Positions 57,920-64,000 of a DNA stretch of 64,000 bases are shown in pieces. Made by a program: the position numbers and the translations under genes. Below the pieces are notes generated by a model. That model was given only the letters and a program-made list of their open reading frames with translations. It did no database searches and was not told where the DNA came from. The stretch's first letter is position 1, and every line of letters begins with the position of its first letter. This DNA is from Amoebophrya sp. A120 (Eukaryota > Protista > Dinoflagellata): NCBI GenBank assembly GCA_905178155.1, contig CAJINV010000003.1, positions 4,499,863 through 4,563,862 on the forward strand. The letters are read 5' to 3'.

Positions 57920-58419
57920 ATGGCCTGTCCCGAGGATTACATTCGCAGAGACTACCGCGAGGCGCCAAAGGAGAAATATCCCAGGAGGTTCTACCTTTTT
58001 TTTGGTTGAGTAATCGCATGGATTTTTTAATTTGGAGATGTAGGGTTTACTAGAGATTAAAAGCACCTGCACCCTGACCCTTTGTTTGCGCATGAAGATG
58101 ATATCAATAAATTGATCTTGTAAAAATCAGGCACGCCTTCTTTTCGCATATCACGAAGGAAACGTACCAAAGCACCTACCGGCAGGACATCGGGGGCTTT
58201 TTCGACTTGGAGGCAAGTTTTGCAAAGACGCGCAAGCTGATGGAGAAGCGGGCCGCCAAGTGGACGAACCAGGTGCAGCATCTGAGCCAAAACGAGCTGG
58301 ACAAGTTTGCGGTAAAGTACACGGGTCCCGACAAGAAGCTCAAGCAGACGCGCAGCGAGCCTCGGCTGAACTCGGAGTACCGGGACAAGATGCGCGGCCG
58401 CCAGGCGGGGTTCCGCTAA
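57920..58419 (+). CDS. Small hypothetical protein (~118 aa, 2 exons)
   Basis: MACPEDYIRRDYREAPKEKYPRR, GT-AG intron 57988-58130, HAFFSHITKETYQSTYRQDIGG…; total 357 nt. Confidence 0.65.
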
Positions 58420-59075
58420 GTGAGATCAGTCGTGGAGGCTCTCCCTGTAAATTTAGTTTTGTACAACTAGAACTCACAACTTCTGGTCGTGCCCTGTATG
58501 TTCCAGGGTGCTCCTCAGTGTGTTGCTTTGTTTGATGAGAAGAGCTGCGCTCTCTGGTGTGACAAAAATGAACTAGAACTACAGAGCAGTACTCTTTGCT
58601 CTGGCACGACTTTGGCAAATTTTGAGATTAAGTGATCAAAGAATTGTATAGCAGCACGGAGCTGCTTGGGTGATCTGTATCTCCTTTCCTGCACGCGGCC
58701 CTGTGTTACTGATCGTCCTCCACAGCGATTTTCAGGAGCTTGGTAGTAACGCGCAATGGATAGCCTCTTTGATCAGGTTCAGGCTTATACAGAAGATCAA
58801 AGAAAGAAAATAGGGATCGGACGTGATCTTCACTGCAGCGATCCACTGTATAATTATCGAACGATCTAGTCACCAATTAAAATTAATTTTGCATTTGCTC
58901 AGATCTAGTGCTTCGTAAGTTCTTGCCAGCAAAAATAGATCGAAAACTCACGAGCAGCGCACCAAATTTCAGGCAAAGTAGAGTGTGAAGACGCAGAGGT
59001 ACAGTAAGACATTCATGCTACTCACAAGTGGAAACGACAGCAAATAGACTCTACGCAGGCGACAACTGAGAAAAA

Positions 59076-60578
59076 ATGACGGACGAAAAGATGGTTGGCA
59101 AAGCAGCCAAGAAACCGAAGAAACTGAAGGGCGACAAGACTCCTGTCGCACCGGGGGAGAAAAAGAAGAAGATCAAGAAGGTGAAAAAAGCTTCCAAGGT
59201 CGCGAGCGAGCCTCCCGTAAAGGACAAGGCCGCAGTGCCGCATCTTCAATCGCAACCAAACAAAACTACCAGTAAGATTAACAAAAGCGACGGCAAGCCT
59301 TCAGAGACGCCAAAACAAACGAGTAGCAGCAGTGCACCACCACCGCCCGCAGACGGAGCGCCCAAGAAACAGATTCTCTTCGCGGGGAACCTGGGTTACG
59401 ACTGCACGGCTGCGGATCTTCGGAAGCTTCTCCAGGGGTGCAACGTGAAGGACATTCGGTTACTGACCGATCCGAAAACGAAGGATCCACGGGGTTGCGG
59501 CTTCGTGGAGTTCGCAACGGGCGGGGATCTGCAGAAGGGTCTAAAATATCACCACCGCACGCTCGGCGGACGCAAAATTCGCCTGGAGCTTCCGGGATCA
59601 GGGTCCAGCAAGGAGAAGCGGGACCAGACGGTGCAGCAGCGACGACAGGAGCTGGGGAAGAAGCGCAAATCGGACTTCGACAAGCGGCAAATGTCTAATC
59701 AGGACGGCGACGAGACAACCCCGGCGACCAAGCCTTCCAGCAAGGCGAAGAATAAGCCAAATGTAAATGCCAACAAAAAGAGGAAAAGGAATGCGGACCA
59801 CACGACCGGGGAACAAACGCGACCAGAGATCGTGTACTACGACCATCCGACAGGGGAGCTGGAGCGGTTGCGCACCAAATTCCGACTCAACGACGACGGG
59901 GTGAACTACTTGAAACGAAACGAGGCGTGGCTGCTCGAAAGCATTGACCAGTTTTGTCGCATTCCGGACAAGAGCATCAAGGACCCCACGGGGTGGATGA
60001 TCAAGTTCGGCAACCAGCTGCGCAAAGAGCGGGCCACCGGCGTGACGCCCCGGTTGCACCCGGTGTTTGAGGTACCGGAGGAGGACAGGGATGCTGCTGG
60101 GAAAGTGGATTTCAACCCTGCGGAAGTGAAGTTCGGGGACGAGATCGACCTTCCCGGCCCCAACGCATCGGTCTCGGATGAGGAAGCGGGGGTACTACCC
60201 GATGACATTCTTTCCGATGTGGAGGAGCCGATGCAGTCACCGGCAGGAGGAGCTTCGGCCAGACCAATATTAAGGGGCGACGTCGCGACTGCGACAACAT
60301 CAACAATCCCGAGCAGTTCTGGCCAGAAGCAAAGCACCGCGGAACAAGCACCAGCAGCGGCAGTGCCACTCGGCTTTGTGGAAGCGGGCACCATCGTCGA
60401 GCCAAGAACGGAAAATAAATCGAAGGCGAAGAAGGGTTTCCTCTCAGTGCTGGATCGGATTGAGCGAACGAACAAGAAGCAACAACAGGAGGGAAAGGTA
60501 AATAAAACCGCTGGCAAAAAGAAAATGAAAAAAAAGGCAAGCAAGAACACAACTTCTCTGGAAGGGCAGAAAAGCTAA
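59076..60578 (+). CDS. Lys-rich RRM-domain nucleolar-type RNA-binding protein (Nop6/RBM34-like)
   Basis: RNP2 LFAGNL, RNP1 RGCGFVEF, HHRTLGGRKIRLEL. Confidence 0.82.
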   Translation: MTDEKMVGKAAKKPKKLKGDKTPVAPGEKKKKIKKVKKASKVASEPPVKDKAAVPHLQSQPNKTTSKINKSDGKPSETPKQTSSSSAPPPPADGAPKKQILFAGNLGYDCTAADLRKLLQGCNVKDIRLLTDPKTKDPRGCGFVEFATGGDLQKGLKYHHRTLGGRKIRLELPGSGSSKEKRDQTVQQRRQELGKKRKSDFDKRQMSNQDGDETTPATKPSSKAKNKPNVNANKKRKRNADHTTGEQTRPEIVYYDHPTGELERLRTKFRLNDDGVNYLKRNEAWLLESIDQFCRIPDKSIKDPTGWMIKFGNQLRKERATGVTPRLHPVFEVPEEDRDAAGKVDFNPAEVKFGDEIDLPGPNASVSDEEAGVLPDDILSDVEEPMQSPAGGASARPILRGDVATATTSTIPSSSGQKQSTAEQAPAAAVPLGFVEAGTIVEPRTENKSKAKKGFLSVLDRIERTNKKQQQEGKVNKTAGKKKMKKKASKNTTSLEGQKS

Positions 60579-60994
60579 AGTGCATTGAAATTGTCTAAAC
60601 GAAAATGGAAACGCTGCGCTGTCCACTTCTTCTCGATATCGTGCAAAAGCGTAAACATACTACTTGTACAACATGCTTGATATTCACAACTACTCTGGGG
60701 AGAGCGCGTTTCCTGCGAAAGTGTTCCACGCTCAACAATTCGTCAAAAACAATCCAGCATATTGTTGTCGTCTTCACTCACACGTCCAGAGACCATTTTA
60801 CAACTGTGGCGTGATTTCTTCTACTTCAGCGTGCCCTCTTTTCTCTTCAATTCGTTCATCCATAACCGATCCTTTGCTAGAAGTTGCGATGTTGACACGA
60901 CACAGCAGATGACATAGGGACACACGAAACTTCTAAGGGCAGCATTTGTACTAGCTCTACCACAATCAAGTCGCTTACTTCCTCTTAACCCAAA

Positions 60995-63900
60995 ATGCGG
61001 ACGACGTCCTTTCGTCGGCCCGGGAGTGCCACCGCGTCCGGCAAGAACAGTTATCCGTCACAGAGCACGCGGCGCAAGCATACGGAGGCGGGCTTGAAAA
61101 AGGTGATTGCGGGGGTCAGCGAATCCGTAGGCAGGGTATGGCCGGACGAAAACGACGCGGGTATAATTTCTACGTCGGAGCAGCATGCACAGCAGCTGCA
61201 AGCTGCAGTCCTTGCAGCGGCGGCAGGGACGAACAAATCTAGCACAGGAGAGCAGGAGCTGGTGCACAGCGGCGACCATTCATCACACACGCGTGACCTG
61301 GAAGCGTCACAAAGTAAATGTAGCAGCAATCACAGTACACACACCAACGCCTCTTCGCGTCGGGGAAGCAATGCGGCCGAGCTGCGGCTTGAGGAGCTGC
61401 TTGTGCAGAATGCAGAGTTGAAGCGCAATCTGCAGGTGTTGCAGGCCGGCGTGGTGGAGTCTATGAGGGGACACAAGGCCAGGTTTGATGTCGTAAAAAA
61501 GCCCTGATTCTTCATCTGTAATTGTTTTGATTGGAACCGACCGTGGCCTGCCTACAAGACGACGTTTTTGCACACCGTGGCAAAAATAGTTGTGAAATAA
61601 GAGTTACTCGTTGCTTGCGCCTCCGCAAGATTGGCATTCATTGTAGGCGTCTTACTTTTTCATCATGATGCTTTACTAGGTTTATGGGAGGCGCTGCGGG
61701 TGGCGGCGGCGTGAAGATTCCCGCAAATAAGGAGGCCACCGTTGCGAGCACTGTAAAGCTACCCAACCTGCACGATTTGGACGAATTGAAGGGTATTTTG
61801 GCCCGGAAGAATCAGCAAATCGCAGAGCTGGAGCAGCGGCTGCGCGACGCGGAAATTCGGGCGCAGAAGGGGGACCTCGACCGGGAGGAACTTTTGGAGC
61901 GGCACGGGCGAGAACTTACTTTGTGGGAGGAACGCTGGCATCCCAAGTGCGCGGAGGTGTACGCGTTGCAGCTGCGGATTGCCGAGCTGGAGCGCAGCTT
62001 GATCCAGCAGAAGGGTGAATGGGAAGAGGCGGTGAAGCGTGAGAGAGCAGCTGCAGAAGCTCAAGCGCGAGACCTGCGGCAAGAGCATGAGCAGTATTAT
62101 AATAGCGAGAGTGCGTTGTCCTCGTCCTGTGTGGTCAAGAATGAGGGCCGCAAGCCATGAGAATAATTGTTCCACTGGAATTTTTTATCTGCAATCCGAT
62201 TCCAAATCGAAATCAGACACGTGGCGACGCTGCAGGCCCAGATAGAGAAGTTGAAGGCGGAGGAGGAGCGGCGTAGTGCCGAATTCGCCACGACAAGTGC
62301 GGAGTTCGCCGCTACCCGCGAGAGCCTGCAGACAGCCCGAAATTCCGCGGTTGCCGCATCCCAGAGAAAAAGTGCCCAGATGTACTCAATTACTGGTTGC
62401 TTTTCAAATTCCTGTGGAGGTCTAGTTCTCCACAATTCAGAATCAATTTGTCGCAGGAGTACAACGATGTTGTGCGAGGAGTTTTCCCTGTTTTGAAAAA
62501 TTTGCAGGTTCTCTCTGTCCGTGCGAGCCTTTGCGCAAAGCGACGATCTGATTCTTCGCAGTGTGGTGGATTGCTGGAAGCAGTTTCGACTGGAGGGAAG
62601 GCTTTCGTGGGAGCAGAAACAGCGCCGCGCATTGGAGGAAAGTTCCGCGAAAAGAGCAGAGGCCTTGGAGGGAGCTCTGGTAAGATTTTTTTAATTTTTA
62701 CCGAGATGTTTGTACCGTGTTGTGTAGTACTTCTGCTGTTGCCACGCCCACGCACCTTCGTTGTGCAGTGTGGACATTGCGGGGAATAATAGAAAAAACA
62801 CATTTGTAGACCTCTGCGCGTGGCGAGTACGACACGTGGAAAGCAGAACTCGTCCGAACAAAGGATAAGGAGAGTGCCGCGCTTGTGGCAGAAAAGGAAA
62901 AGGAGGCACAGCGATTGCGCGACGAGCTGGAGAAAGTAAGAAAATCGCACGACGACGAGTTTCAACGCGAACGGGAAACGGGAAAAAAAACCGTTGAACG
63001 ACTAGAATCGCAACTGCAAAACCTGCGAGCAGAGCTAGCGGCAGCTCGCGCGAAAGAAAAGGACCTGCAAAAGCGGGTTGTTGACCTGCAAGCGGCAAGT
63101 GCGAGCGCTAAAAAAGCTGACTCCTCTCCGGGAAAGAAGCCAGCGGTTGCACCGTCCCCGGAAAAGAAACCGACCCAGCCCGCTGGTAACAAAGTAGAAA
63201 AAGAGTCGGCCGACGTGAAACAGGCGTTAGAAAAAGAACTGAAAGAGGCACAGGAAACGTGGGCGGCGGAGCACAAAAAGCGGGAAGATTTTTTTCGAAG
63301 ACGCGAAGATACTCTGGTCAAAGAAAACCAAGCCCTGCAAGATAAGGTCAAGGAGCTCTCCGCTGCATCCGGTACGGAAGCGTTTTTCGTTGTGACCACC
63401 TTCTACATTAGATATTACGATTTTTCGGATCTACTTGAATGAGACAAGATATCTAAGCACACATTTTGCAATTCTATTCCACCCTAACAGGCGGTTTTGG
63501 AGCCAGCGGAACACGGATGGTCCCCGGCCACGACCCGGAACGAAAGTGGAAGCAGAAAATCAAGCAGCTGGAAGACAACGAGAAAAAGGCATTATCAGCC
63601 TTGCGGGCCGAATACGAGAAGAAGCTGCAGGAACTGGAAGCCCGGTTGCAGCAGGCGCAAGCCGAGGCGGGGGAGCTTTCTGCCGCGAAGGCGCACGCCG
63701 AACGCGAGCGAGACAGCACTAGCGTATCCCCAACTAAGCAGCGAAAGAGTAGTGTCGGCGGCGGTAGTGGTGCTCCTGCTGCTGGTGCTGCTGCTGCTTC
63801 CTCCACCTCCTCCGCCGCCGGCCCGGCGCGCGAGCAGCAACTAGAGCGCGAGGTCGCGGAGCTGGAAGCCGACCGCAACGAACTGCTGCAGCGCGTGGAG

Positions 63901-64000
63901 AGGCTGGAGGGCAGTGCGGCCCGAGACGAATTGCTGCGCCTGGCCGAGGAAAGGGTAGCAAAGTGGAAGAGAGCCGTCGAGGAGAACCTGGTCGAGGTGC
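60995..64000 (+). CDS. Long coiled-coil protein, multi-exon, runs off the window end
   Basis: E/Q/K/R-rich heptad exons joined in frame by GT-AG introns near 61483-61679, 62094-62216, 62382-62507, 62680-62809, 63372-63490. Confidence 0.75.

Overview
Gene-dense eukaryotic DNA, most likely from an Amoebophrya-like (syndinian) dinoflagellate. This is inferred from the co-oriented gene blocks, a dinoflagellate-type TBP-like factor, a spliced-leader-like relic and TIR-bounded non-canonical introns. All credible genes from 1 to ~36.8 kb are on the minus strand and all from ~41 kb to 64 kb are on the plus strand, separated by a satellite-rich divergent strand-switch region. The main signal is 10 short (138-401 bp) non-autonomous elements ending TAT...ATA, most with terminal inverted repeats and a 5-bp target-site duplication. 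They interrupt coding exons, and in the 9 checkable cases removing the element plus one 5-bp copy restores the reading frame (introner-type introns; four consecutive ones in one acyltransferase gene). Several TIR families share internal modules, one family occurs in both orientations, and one copy carries an extra insert. Also notable: a TET/JBP-like 2OG-Fe(II) dioxygenase hidden across exons, a UBC plus F-box-like protein flanked by diverged direct repeats, a DxD-less HAD protein and a membrane-anchored sialidase. 14050-14777 is probably a sequencing or assembly artefact. Exon structures were deduced by eye and need RNA-seq.
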